Shown: positions 37,493 through 50,866 of the stretch, one piece after another
Numbering within the stretch: position 1 is the first letter of the stretch
Layout: each line of letters begins with the position of its first letter
NCBI GenBank assembly: GCA_963924565.1
Contig: OZ004615.1
Span: forward strand, 21,452,001-21,516,000
Source of the DNA: Ascidiella aspersa
Taxonomy: Eukaryota
Reading direction: 5' to 3'
DNA length: 64,000 nucleotides
Position numbers and translations under genes: made by a program
Notes under the pieces: model-generated
Databases searched by the model: none
What the model saw: the letters and a program-made list of their open reading frames with translations, nothing else
What the model was told of the DNA's origin: nothing

Positions 37493-40399
37493 TAGCCTTG
37501 CATATGGCGTGGTCGACGCCTGGCTAAAGCAACACAAACCGTCGCGCCTCGCATGTAGCTTCAAGTTTGCTCCAAGTAAACAACCTTCCGCATTCCGAAC
37601 ACGCGATAAAAAAATGCGTACACTCGTACAGCCGTGGAGACATGGTTAATGGCGGACACCTTTGGCCTACTCATGTTAAAGCTGACATCGATCGCAATTA
37701 GAAGTTGTCAACAAGTGTTGATCAGCAAGTGTTGTCAACAAGATAGCTGTTGTCAACAAGTAAAGTTTGTAATCTGTGGAGGTTTTTTGTAGACGTGAGC
37801 CGATTAGTGTTACCTTTTTTTAAAATAGGGTATTTTAACTCGATTTCAGTAATCGTTTTAAAATACTTGACTCGATCTAATAAGTCAGTGTTATTCAATA
37901 GGCTTTGAAATGTTTCAACCCGGTGAGTCATTTAGTCGTCTGGCCAGATGTGCTATTCGGAACCTTAACAAGTCTTGTTCGTTACATTATTAAGGTATTT
38001 GACCCGTTAATTTAAAAAAAGCGATCATAAAAAAAAAATTGATCATTTTGTAGGTTTAAATTACCGTCTTTTAGAAACCTACATGTTCGTTTCGATATTT
38101 TCTTAGTGCACCAACATATTATTTATACATGCCTTACTAGAATTCCACTCCGGGCTAAGCATATTAGTGGTGGGCCGTCATAGGTCGTAAATAATTTATC
38201 GCCAAAACCAATTGCGTGTTGTGTTTTCGGGCCGTTTAATGGCAAAATTTGTTTAAGGTTTCAACTGGATGGTTCGTTGGTAGTAACTTAGTGGCAGCTT
38301 GTTAACACGGTATTGTCACTTTGAGTTATCGAATTGTGCATGGACGACGTCCTAATTAAATGGCAAGGGTCAAATACCTGTTTTTGGCAGTATTTTAACA
38401 GCTTGGGCCGGTATTATAAATATGCGAAGCTGTTGCTTTTAAATGCCGCCTTTGGAGTTATCGAATCATTTTGAACTGAAGTTAAAGTGACAATGGGTGT
38501 ACTTAGGTTAAATTCAGTTGCGTGACAATGCAAATATCGCAACGTCAACACTCACTACGTCGAGTGAACCCAGCTAATGGACGGTGCTTGTTGGTTTAGA
38601 AGATCTCGTAGTACCAAGCAGCAATAATATTTTTCTTGCTCCTAACCCGGCATATTGACCGAAACCCGGCGCCTCACGAAAGGGCAGTTACCGTACTGAG
38701 CTTAAAAACAGTCGAGTCTACGTCATTACACGTTACCTCCTAGCGTAGTGCATTGTCCTAGAAGTTATAGTATCATGTTTTGGATCGTAGCTTGTCTTAT
38801 CGCGTGGGTGGGAAACGCGTATTTTTCGCGTACGTTTTGCTGAGCCTCCGCTTTCTTAGCGCTGCGTGATCTCTTTGTGTGTGATTTCTTTTCGCATTGC
38901 GTCGCCATTCGTCGGGTGGATGACGAGAAGGTTGGACGTATTGCAAGGGCAGTTTGCAGTCTCCTGGTTAAGAGGCAAGCTGTAGCCTAATGCGAGCACT
39001 TGATGTGCATATGGTTTGCCTTATACAGATTGTCGTACTGTCCAATAAACGTCTTGCTCGAGAACGTAAGGTCAAACCTTGTCCTTAGCAGCAACTATAT
39101 GGGGATTGTATCCCTAACTAGTCTGTGAGTGCGACACATGTATTAGATCCCGTCGCATTGCCCACTGAGCACCGAGGTCTTGAAATGTGTGTCGTCTGTT
39201 TGAATTTTGGCCTGTAGTACCTGACTCGACAAAATATCGACATGGAAGAAGATTGCATGACCATTGCCTAGCGACCACCTGCAGTCTGCAGTCCTCCATG
39301 GTGGGGCAGGCATAGAGGAATTTGTATAAAGAGGGATACACACCAGCGTGCTTTATAGAGGGACAGGCGCTTGCTTTAGCCAAAAGGCAATGTGTTCAAT
39401 CACAGAGTGCAAAAAGTGCTTGACTCTTGGAGTCATTATTTTTTCCCCTTTCTTCAATGTCGAAAACCGAAAGTGACTTGACAATGTTAAAAATAAATAA
39501 AGGTTTTGTTCGAAGAGTTCAAAAGGATACCTACTTCTGTATGGGCTTTGATGTTTTTTTACGTCTTACTACAATCACCAACCATTATGCCCGGAAAGTG
39601 TCTCTTTTTATGATTCGGGCCACTGTTCTTCACGAAAAGGTTTATTTTATTATTCGTCATTAAACAAGGCCACGGTGCTAATTTAGTATTTGTCATCCAC
39701 TTGATTCGACCATTTCAACGAATTAAAACACTTCTTTAAATCCACCTTCTTTAAATCCCAAATATTAAGCAAGGTTATTTAAGTGTTGGCTTGTTTGGTG
39801 GGTTTATACTTCAAAAAACCTTAAGAAATTGTTTTCGGCACTGTGGTGTACGTGACTAGGATCGCGCACAGTCCTACACGGCTCTGTTTAACTCACCGCG
39901 GTTGAAGGCAGCAATGCATCCCGTCCGACTCTCTCGCTTTCACCAAAAAAACAACACGAGCATTCGCCCGCATTCGTTAACCGACCGAGCGCAGAAAACT
40001 TCCACATTCCAGAGACGCTACGTAAGCTGGACTGGAGACTGCGGTCGCGCATGGACGGGCTTGACATGAACGCTTCAAGGCGCCCCGGGCCTACTCAGCG
40101 CTTAAGTTTGACTTAGCCGCCGCTGCCTCCGTCGACAATCAAACTCGGCCGAAAATATCATTGCAGTTAAGGACGCCGAGCGGTTAATAAGCGCTGGTTG
40201 CAGCCGCCTATTAATGCTGCTGCTATAGGCTGAGGCGATTGCTGGCCGCTGCAAAAGCGTCGCGTGAGAACTTCCCATACGGAGGTTTGGCGTTTGTAAG
40301 AACGGTCCGTTGTATGTTTTACCTGAGGTAGGAGATTTTTATAATTACACAAGAAAAAAAAACAATTGTGTGTGTGTGTGTGTGTCCAGGTGTTAGAGA

Positions 40400-40780
40400 A
40401 AATGTTGTGTGTTTAGTTAGTTATTCGCAGAAACGAAATCTTCACACCTAAGTATTTTAGGAAAAGAAACAATTTATGTGTGTGTGTCGGCATTAGAGCG
40501 AGTGTGTTTAGTTCGTTATTGGAAGAAACGAAATCTTCCCACCCAAGTATTTTAACAAGATGGCGGTGAAATCTTATGGCGAGGAATACAGCGGAATAAT
40601 TGCTGATCCGCGTTCTTTGGTTTCCACGGAATACATAAAGAGTATGTCAATTTAGTTCGTTATTCGTAGAAACGAAATCTTCACACCTAAAGATCTCATG
40701 AAGATGGCGGTGAATCCTACGAAGAAGAATACAGTGATAACCGCGTTCTTTTGTTTCCACGGAAATACAGAAGAGTATGA
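40400..40780. repeat. Compound tandem duplication
   Basis: AGAAACGAAATCTTC.CACC x3; AAGATGGCGGTGAA...CCGCGTTCTTT.GTTTCCACGGAAATACA x2. Confidence 0.85.
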
Positions 40781-42110
40781 CAAGCGCACACCCCACACCT
40801 GTAGCCTATATATGCGCCGAAACGAGGTAGCACGGCAAGGAAGGAAAACTATATAACGTTACAATACTTTCGATTCTTGGACGACGAATCTTGTTGTGTG
40901 CGACGACGATCGAATTTGTGTCGCTACATTGTTACCTTTCAAGACAGGGGCGTCGGGTTTCTAATCTGTTTGTTGTGTACCGCAGCCGACAGGCTTGGCA
41001 AAGTCCGGCTGCGTTTGTGATCGGGGAAACCGGGCCTCCCTAATCTTTCGAAAGCGAAACGACAGGAGTTTGACACCTCGCATATGTGGTTTGATACCTC
41101 ACATTATGTAGCAACCAAATGTGAATGTAAAGTGTCGACTGGAGTTCGGAATATAAAAATTACCGTCGATTGATTTACTTAATCAGGCTAAGCATACTTT
41201 TTAAACAAGGTAGTATTAAACAACGTAAACAGGCCAGATTGAGAGGAAGTTTGGCCTTGTTACTAGTTTGAAATGAGTAACGCTAAATTTGTGAGCAAAA
41301 ACTGTATTTTTATAATGAAAAAGTTTCTGCGTTGCAATATTTTTCCAATGAGTTTAATTTGTAACATGAGAAGAGTTACCATGGCAGAATTACCATCGTA
41401 CTACTTTGTCTCTCTTCTAGTTTTTAAGGAAATCCCTGTTTCTACAGTTTAGCAATTAAGAGATCCTGCGAAAGGTGTTATATATAAACCTTTTTAGGAG
41501 TATATGATACACAACGAAACTGGTATGGACAGGTCCCTAATATATTTAGGAATAGGAAGTTATAAATGTTGACGACGTTGAGAATGTGTTGACAGTCGCC
41601 ATTTGGACATAAATAACGACAATGACTTTGAATTGAAGTAACTTATTCTTAAAACCGAACTAAAACCAAATCAAAGTCAGTAATTTAAGAGTTGTTTCCA
41701 AGAGAACAATATTCTGCAATAAAAATGGCATCGTCAGTTTCTTAATTCGTTCAAGCAATTTTTGAAAACTTTTTGAAATTAAGTTTGGTAATAAGGTTAA
41801 GCTAAACACATTCGGCTTGAAAGACAGACTTGATATTTTGCTCGATAGCGACACAAATGTTCCACCTAACAATGATCATTTTTTTTTATTTTTTCCGTAA
41901 TTAACAATGTTCTTTCGCGTTTCTAATTGCTTCGACGACTGACAGTTCGCTGGGTAAGCAGGTCGCTGAGCGGAATAACGTGCAGCGAGAGTCTCAAACT
42001 GTATTGATTGCAGCCTTAGATCAATCGTGCATCTGGGCGTTGGCTGCCTGTCTGCTGGTGCTTGCTTAAACTTGACCGAACCAATTACCCTCGTGAGATC
42101 GATGGATGCG

Positions 42111-42454
42111 AACCTTTCGAGGCTGATGGGGTTAAGCAATGCTACGCTTGCAGATAATGCAGACAATTTTGAAGTTTTCATTTTTTACGTTCATAAGTGT
42201 CTGTCTTTATATTTTGCACGGGTTTAAATTTTAGCTTTTAGAGTTTGTTTTTAGGTGTGTAATTGTATGGATGTTGTTCGTTTTGCCAACCTTTCGAGGC
42301 TGATGCGGTAAAACAATACAGCACTTGCAGATAATGCAGACAATTTAGAAGTTTTCATTTTGTACGTTCTTAAGTGTCTGTCTTTAGGTTTTGCACCTGT
42401 TTAAATTTTGCTCTTGGAGTTTTTTTTTAGGTGTGTATGGATGTTGTTCGTTTT
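42111..42454. repeat. Tandem duplication, about 177 bp x2
   Basis: AACCTTTCGAGGCTGATG...CTTGCAGATAATGCAGACAATTT...GTATGGATGTTGTTCGTTTT occurs twice. Confidence 0.9.
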
Positions 42455-44147
42455 CAGTTATCGTTTACAAGCCGTTTACAGGTGTTACATTTTGATTGCG
42501 ACACAGAGCTGTCCATAACGCTTGAGCAATTGAAAGCCGTATGACAGCAAGCTTTGTTTGAGTTGTTGTCAATATCGCATGTCAGAGAAAACCTCGGCGA
42601 TAGAACTTCCTCCTCTGTTATGCCGGATGTCTGATCTCGCTTGTCAGTGTAACTCCCCTGCTTGACGTGTTTCGAAGGGTCAGCAGCGGCCCATATAAAA
42701 ACTTGTGGCCACGGCACCTGTTAGTAAACTTTTTGGAAGTGTGTCGCTTTAGCGTAGCGTAGGTATTATGATGTTAAAAAGCACAGTTTAAATATAAAAA
42801 TTGGAGGTTGTGGTAAGACGCAGTAAGAATATCGAAGCCCGTGTAGAAGAAGGTAGCATTTTCATGTTGAAAACGAATAAAGAGTCAATGGAAACGTTAA
42901 AAATGAAACCTACTTCTAAATGGGCTTTGCTATTTTTACTACAGCTTGAAAACTTTTTTTAATTTTTTCGATCGCGTACCAATATACTCACTTTACGTAA
43001 TACGACAAATCGACGTACAGTCATACGAGGGGATAACTTTAAAAACCAGCATTCAGACTATTACCTACACAAAATTTTGTCATTGTACTCTTGTGATTCT
43101 GTATAGTATCATGTCCACTTAACATGCTAACATTTTCTGTATTTTACTTTCCGATACTCGTTTGAAAGTTTAATCGATTAATTTTCTGTTATGTAGCCTA
43201 CAGTACTCTCGTATTCGGGTGCCCTGAGATTTGTTCAGTGCCAGACTTTCTCTCAGGCAATCCAGGAAATACTTTGATAGTTGATTGTTTACCAATGTGT
43301 CCAATAGTTCGGCGTAACCCCAACCTTATTCGGGTTCACATTCCAATTCGGGTCACGGTAGTATCTCTATATATATACACACCCTTTGTTTAATAAACCC
43401 AGTGAAATAGGGACAAGGGCTGTACACGGAAGCCTATTCATTTTAAGCGTGGTCAGTTTTAGTTTTCTAGGACGATGGTGGACAATTCTGCTGTAACTGG
43501 TAACTTTGAATGGACGCTTTAAATAAATTCCATCAATATTTGAGTTATTTTGGGATCCGCTATTCACATTGTGTTGCTTGTTTCTAGAATATGTAAAATC
43601 AGCGATTTTTAGTTTTCGATCATTTTAGTTATTTTGGGATCCGCATCCAGCATTTGGCTCCAGTTTTAAGATAAGTTACATCGGCAGTTTGTAGATTTAG
43701 TTTAGTTCCGTAGTTCTTTGACGCTGTTGTCCGACAGGTTAACTATAACAGCGCAGTTTTCAGATTCAGCTTTTGATGCTTGCTTTAAACCGCAGTGCTT
43801 AAACTTGGGTCGCCAGTAGACCGGTAATAATTTTACACAAACCTGCATCTCTCTCTATATATACAAGTATTAATACATCTTGTAGTTTTCTGAATTGCTA
43901 AAACTAATCCAACACCGTCACAAAGGTGGTTGCACATTACTTGCAACGAGAAAAGTTGTGTTTAACTGTCAAACGCAGTAAGGTCGCGAGTTTTAATAGA
44001 TTAAAAAGGGTCGCAGACTCGATAGTTTTGGCGGCCCTGCTTTGAAGGGCTGTTCGTCGAGCTCGATAAGGTTCTGGCAAGGTATGACCGAAGATTTTGC
44101 GCCGCCTGCTCTACCATTACGTCAGTGCTTCGCAACCATTTTAGACT

Positions 44148-44434
44148 TGCGGCACCCTATGTAAATTATAAGGAGTTCGCAGCACCCTTCGTATTTTTGC
44201 TGGGTGGTTAAGTGCACCGTTACAATAAACGAGATTGAAACAGCACATTAACTGTGCAACAAGGTTTGATAAACCTTTTTTAATTATTGGCACTATCGTA
44301 CACAAAAGATTGTCAAGAAGCTTACCAACAGAGCAAACATTGGAATCCCAAAGAATTCTCAAATATCTCTCGGCACCCTTGAGCGTTAAAAAAGGCACCC
44401 TAGAGTGCCGCGGCACCCCGGTTGAGAACCACTG
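44148..44434 (-). mobile_element. hAT MITE fragment, same family as 474-773
   Basis: Ends GTGCCGCGGCACCCCGGTTGAGAACCACTG; internal AAGAAGCTTACCAA is homologous. Confidence 0.75.
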
Positions 44435-46719
44435 CATTACGTAATCGCCGTTCGAAAGGCATTTGCTGGGCATCTCGAGATGCAAGCAAGCCTGGCCGTG
44501 AGGCACTTAGCCCTGCAGCGTGGCGAACTGGACTGAGCCGCGGAAAATCTTAGCCAGGAAACCTAAACACTGTAGATAGACTGGTGCGAAGGCTTAAGTG
44601 ACGCCCAGGGCCACTAATTATGCCTTGCTGTGTATTGTGCAAATGCCAGTGCGGCCGCGTTGTAGTCCGTAAGACACTGTGGTTCTTTTGGCCAATCCGA
44701 AAGTAGCCAGAACGCCTTTTTATCTTGTTTATTTATTTTATCTATCCCTCAATCTGTTGACTTGGACTTCTCGAAAGCGCTCGGCTTCCTTTAGCCATTC
44801 GTGTTTTCGCTCATACCTATACCTCACGATATAGGGGAGGCTTGTTTTGCTGTCCTGCCTATAACCGCACACAGCAGGAGTAGTACGCACTTGTTTTTGC
44901 CGCATGCGCCGTCGCTCAAATTAGCTTACTGGGAATCTACTCTCGTCTTGTGTGAGTGTGTTGCGATGTTGTCGCTAAAAGTGAACGCAAAAATGGATGG
45001 AAAAAAGACACGACTCTAGCTCGGACTTTAAGGATTTTGTTGTTTTCTACTACTCGACCGAGTTTAGCAATTTATAAAGCTATATACGCTCGAATATTTG
45101 AAGATGTATTGTTTTTAGGTTTTGATCAAAAGTATGCCAATTATTTTCGTAGGGTTTTGTGTAAAGTCAGAAAGTTGTGCCATACGGATCGCAGTTGTTG
45201 TCCGAGTAAGTCTTACCTATAAAATCCTAAAAATGTACTATTGGCAACTCTCATGACTTTAAGCGAAATATATTAACAACGTGTCATCATACCCAAGCGC
45301 TCAACGCGATAGATTGTTATTATCCAAACAGGAGACCGGATAAACTAGTCACTTCTTTGGAGCATAGTGGTTGGAGGTTGTCGTAACTCGTAAGACGTAG
45401 TAAGAATATCAAAGAAAATAGGTATCGTTTTGAACGTTTCGAATATATCTTCGTTCATTTTCACCGTAGTGAGAAGGCACTGATTCTAAAATATATTCAA
45501 AACGTTCAGAATGTTACCTACTTCTGTATGGGCTTATTTTTACGACGTCTTACTAATTTCTTTTTTAAAACAACAAAGAATACGATTTCGTAATGTCTAT
45601 AATTTCCCCAGCACCTGGCTGCATCGGTATTAATTCAACTAGCAGATCAAAAAGGTTGTATTACCGCGTAGAGACCGACGGATACCCATAGGGTTCCCGA
45701 CCTGGGGTAAACTTGATACTTTTAGAACAAGCTTTCATAAGTCTATTTTAGTAAATTAAGTAGTTATCCTTTTTTACTTACAACAATTGGCAAACCTAAC
45801 CAGCACCGAGTTGATTTTTTTGTCATAAGAGTATTACACGGGAATTGTATTGGGTTTCAAAGGATTGTCCTAAAATTATCTGGAATTGTTGATGTAAAGC
45901 TAGATTATACATATAGCTTCTGCCTTTGTACAGCCAATGTATAATAACTAAGCAAAAACACCACGGTGAACCTCAAAGAACTTCAAAAAACCGGTCTATC
46001 AAATATTTAGAGCCGGTTACGCATTGAGCAACTACGTATTTCGCCCCCTGTGCTCCTGGCCGCAGTGCTCGAGTTTGCAATTAAAGGCAGAACCGCGGCC
46101 ACTTTACTGATTACAAGTAGAACATAATCGCTCGAGTTTGGTCGGCGGTTAGTTGCGCTCGAGATAGGACGAGTGGCTTGTCTTCTACACTCTTGTGGCG
46201 TTATTTGAAGTGGGCTGCTGCTGTGCAGAGATGATGGCTTAGCAAGCAAGCCAACCACGTTAACTTGCAAAAAACGTAAACTTCATATATACTGCAGATC
46301 GATTTAGATTTCCGGGTTGAGGAATCGCCTTGCGTTGCAGTAATTAAAGAAGTCTCTATTTTTTGAAGTTTTGTCAGTTCGAAAGTTTTATCAGATTTTG
46401 AAGTCTTTTTCAGTTACTCGTATTTATTTATTGTATCAGAAGTGTGGTTGCAATGCATTCCAAAGGCTGAGTGTCATCAGAGAAATCGTTAAACCGTTTG
46501 AAACTGTTTGAATTTCTAATTCTCCATTATGAAAACTATATTTGCCCTGCGTTTAATGCATTTATACGCAGTCCGAACGATTGAGTTCATCGAAAGACCA
46601 TTTTACCTAATGACGTAATTCTGTAATGCGTAGAATAGTAAAATGACGGCTACACACCGTTCTATCGCTGATACTGTTTTAATGACGTCAATGACAAATG
46701 ACTGCCTTTAGTGATCACA

Positions 46720-47054
46720 AGTCACTGTTTTCATATGGCTTAACTTGACTGAGTCGTTTGGGTAAAATAAGTTGAATTGACTTGGGTCTTTTAGACACAT
46801 GACTTGACTTGGATTTCAGTCATTGAGTCAAGTGACCTTGGTTGAAATTAAGGGTTTTCATTTTACGATTTATCATAAAATTGGGCTTTTTATCTTAAGT
46901 TCTACACGTAAAACGATTAGATTCCATCGTTTTGTCTTTTTTTTGCTACATTAAACTGGACTATTTTTTAAAAATACTTGACTTAGACTTGGGTTATTTG
47001 ACAAATAACTTGATTGGGCTTAAGTCATTTTAAAACGACTTGTTTACCCAACTG
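46720..47054 (-). mobile_element. AAGTC-rich MITE, inverted copy
   Basis: Repeated TGACTT motifs; reverse complement is co-linear with the other copies. Confidence 0.7.
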
Positions 47055-47662
47055 CTGATACTAAACCAAACTTTGTTTGTCGACAACCATCACAGGGTTG
47101 TTAACAGACGCGCCTTCCTGCAGCTACTGATTTATTTACCCTGGCGCCGACTTTGATTACTCGAGGCTTATACTGACCATATGCATCATTTGGCTAGCAT
47201 TGTGTGGTCTTCTGTTGCGCTGTTATGAGGAATAATCGCTTGATCCTCATAACTTCTACTACAAGTTGGGACCTTTTAATGCTAACAAAGTCGTTAAAGG
47301 TTTGACAAAGAACTTACGAATTTTGCATTTAGACGGACGATTGAGTAGGTAAATTCCCCGTTACAAGATCACCTGGCATTTTTGAACTAAGCAGTTATGA
47401 ATTTTGAACGAACTTTACTCACCTACTCCGAATGAAATTAAACGTGACTTATGTCTTGTTTTGTGGAGTGTGACCTTTTGATTTGTTAAAAAGTGTACTT
47501 GTTAGCTCGGCAGTTAAAGCTGTTAAGATTTATTTCTAAGAATATTAATGTTTCGCGAAAAGTGTGTGCTCTGAATAGCTAAAGCAGACACAAGGATTGT
47601 GTAAAAATGTTATCAGACAATCAAGAGATAATTTACCGAGATGGGGGGGTTGTTTTCATAAT

Positions 47663-48130
47663 CAGTGTTGTAAACTAATTATTTTGAAATGTCTTAAGTT
47701 CCAGTGACGTCTTTCAAAAAATACCTTAAGTGCAAGTCTTTTGAATAAATAGCAAGTCAAGTCCCAGTCCAAGTCATCTCATAGTAATTAGAGAAGTTCA
47801 ACTTCATGTTAAGTTCTTGTCGTAAAAATAAATGTTCAAATTATTAAAACTGTCAAACTCGTCCGATTATGAGCAATGACTCAAGTAAAATATAACATAA
47901 ATGCAACATGTAGCAATAAAATGGTTTTATGTGCAAAAACGAAGATACTAAATAACCCAATTTAGTGAAAAATTGCTAAATAAAAACAATAAATGATAAC
48001 CTAACTGTCCAAAAGACTTAAGTTAAGTAAAGTCGTTTTGGCCAAAAACCTTCAGTCAAGTCAATTCATTTAAAAACAGTGACTTAAGTGCACTTAATTT
48101 AATTCACCGACTTAAATCATTGCAACACTG
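47663..48130 (+). mobile_element. AAGTC-rich MITE, full length
   Basis: TIR CAGTGTTG(T/C)AA at both ends; co-linear with 60959-61393. Confidence 0.85.
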
Positions 48131-48320
48131 TCATTTATGTTGTGACACCTGGAGAGAATTTCGATACGTGCAGTTGCTGCGAGTAAGCTCATTTCCCGAT
48201 ACAGCTGCGGCAAATTACAAACCAGGTGGTAATTTCGCACAAATCGTGTGTGCAATATTCGCTGCCGGAAAGCCAAAGAGAATGATCCAAAGATGTTTAC
48301 AGAAGTGAGGTCTTATTGGT

Positions 48321-48495
48321 TTTGAAGCATAATGGTTGGAGGTTGTAGTTAGACGCAGTAAGAACATCAAAGCCCATATAGAAGTAGGTATAATTTCGAA
48401 CATTTTGAATAACTCTTTATTGATTTTCAACATGAATAAAGAGTTATTTGAATCGTTCAAAATGATATCTACTTATGTATGGGCTTTAATATTCT
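48321..48495. mobile_element. Palindromic (foldback) MITE family, best-preserved copy
   Basis: GCATAATGGTTGGAGGTTGTAGT...AAAGCCCATATAGAAGTAGGTAT...AATAACTCTTTATT-loop-AATAAAGAGTTATT...ATGGGCTTT. Other copies at about 3629-3680, 3804-3900, 10852-10900, 15020-15200, 39505-39590, 42801-42943, 45355-45555 and 55660-55765. Confidence 0.8.
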
Positions 48496-49229
48496 CCACA
48501 TGAATTCCGAATTTTTTTTTTTTTTTAAGAATTATGTTACACAGAAATACTGAGATGCCTTTACGAAAAGTTACTATGTTCATCTTCAAAGGTTCAAACA
48601 GGAATACTTATCACCCATGTTTACGCTCATCTAATCCCAGCGAAAGGTGTACCCTGTAGTGCGTTGTGTAAGTTGTGTTAGCATCAAAAATATACAGAAT
48701 CACTAGAACGTTCGCCGTTCGGTCTATCCGGAGCAGCCTGCATACCTGGTGCTTACATCAAGATTAGTCTGCGGTCTTTACCGCAGCCCACTCGGTAGAT
48801 TATATTCCTAGTGTTTTCAATATATTACGCATGGCATTGATATTAAAATTGGGGCTTTAATAGAATTAACTTTCTATTATAGCCCAACTTCTTTTCAATT
48901 TAATTTTTCTTTTTCAATTTTAATCAATTAATAATTCTTCCTAATATTATCCGACGCGCATAGCTCATAGCGATAGTGACAGATACATGGCGATATTCTA
49001 AAGCACTAGATTACGTTTGTAACAACATTTAGTCACTTCAAGTTTTTTGTGATACATTTATCATTATTCTCTTTTTGCGATTTAACTATTTTTGGAACAT
49101 TCGTTCCAGCCTGGTGTTGTACAGAGTAAACATATTTACCCCATAGTGTTCTAGTTGTGTTGTGCCTGTCGTCGTATAGCACGCTGTGGATTTAATTCTC
49201 GGATGTGAAAAGCGCTACTAAAAGGATTA

Positions 49230-49260
49230 ATGACTGACGAATCGTCCCTCAGTGACTCGG
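49230..49260 (+). CDS. Candidate alternative first exon (MTDESSLSDS)
   Basis: ATG to CGG|GTAAGA donor, 31 nt, phase 1. Confidence 0.4.
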
Positions 49261-49436
49261 GTAAGATGTACAACTTGTATGACACACGAACGGAGGTTAT
49301 ACTTTCTACGTATTTTTGTACTTTCTACGATTTTTCTGCGATCACGTGTCATCTAACACAATGTCAATATTTTACATACTAAAATGGAGCAACGGTCCTT
49401 GAACAAGTGTTACTTTGAGTAAGAGTACCGTTTATT

Positions 49437-49797
49437 GCGGTGGTGGTATAAACAAGTAAAGTTGAAATGACATAAGTCCAAGACAAGGTATTTACAAATA
49501 ATTAAGTCCAAATTTAGTCAGTTGCCAAACATAGCAGATCAAGTGCCAATCCAAGTATTTGGTAAACTTGTTCGATTATATGAGCAATATCTCAACTAAA
49601 AACAACCAGAACGTGACCTATGGCAAGCAAATTGTTTTATGCGAAAAAATTGAAATAAATGACTCAATTTTATTTTTATTTAAATGCTTCATGAAAGCGC
49701 TATATTTCAACCCAAGTTAATTGTTTAAAATACTTAAGTCAAGTCAAGTCATTTATAAATAGTGACTTTTTAATTGACTTGAGTCATTGCAACACTG
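49437..49797 (+). mobile_element. AAGTC-rich MITE, left end decayed
   Basis: Ends GACTTGAGTCATTGCAACACTG; internal homology to the other copies. Confidence 0.75.
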
Positions 49798-50866
49798 TAT
49801 TTTACCCCTAAAACTGTGTTTTCCGAGACTTATAATGAAGCTTGCGCTATTCTAAATGACTTTATTCGGCATCAACGTCATTTCTGAATCAACATGTTGC
49901 ATATTAAACGTCCTCGGCACACCGACTTTTTTTGTTTTAACTTTTGTACACCAAACCTAGTGTTAAATTGCCACTTCAAAAGCACTATAGTAATCAATTT
50001 TCGTTCGTTGTTTTTTTAACATTTTCACACCTGTAACATGCAAATGCGCAAGGGTAAGAAAAACTGAAGATTCGGTTAAAATAAACATAAACAGGATTGG
50101 GAAAAGCTTCGTCTTCAAAAGATCAATAGATTCGTCTAGACCCGGTTCGTGACACACAGTGTTGACCTGCTGAGCTTTTATCCGCCCGAAATCAATCGAA
50201 ACAAAGTTTAGTTCCCGAGCCTTGCCTCCGCTGCTACTGCTGGCAGCTGGAGTTACTGTGTTTCAGCAAAATCTTGGCTTTAGCTCGCGTGTTAATAAAC
50301 TTTGTCGATAGTGACAACTGGGAAAGCTATATTGATTTTCGTATGTCCAACAGGGTACGAAAATTGTAAAAATTGTGAAAATAACGCAAGTGTGTTCATC
50401 GCCTTTACAGCCGACCAGCTTCGCTGTGTTGAATGCTAATTTAGATTAGAGTACAGACAGTTAGTCCAGTACTTGGTTGTTGGAAACTCAGTTTATTATA
50501 TTGCCTAAAATAGTTTTCGTGCTAATTAATCGTTGCTCCCATAGTTTGCTGCACTAAAAACGATTTAGGTATCCTGTATTTAATTTGTTATATAATTGCG
50601 GTTTGGCGATGATAATCCAAAGTTAAACCCATTCAAGTTTGTTCTCTTTTGCCCGTAACGGACAATTTGGCTCTTTTTGAGTAAAATTTGAATTTTACTT
50701 AAGGAGGTTTGTCAGGCAAATTCGTTTATCAATTTAGTGGCAATGTTTTGCCGAAAATAACATGAAACCTCAGGTTCTGTAGTTCTTGGTGAAACCTAGA
50801 TCGTTTGAAACATAGCAATTATAACTTTGAGCTTAAATTGACTGGAAATGCTATATATTTTTTTAG

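Noticed and set aside
39114-39383. 89-aa minus-strand ORF possibly from a transposase
   Set aside because: No motif I can assign with confidence, and no TIRs.
40400-40780. Spaced direct repeats as a CRISPR-like array
   Set aside because: Eukaryotic intronic context, spacers are themselves homologous, spacing is irregular, and there are no cas genes.
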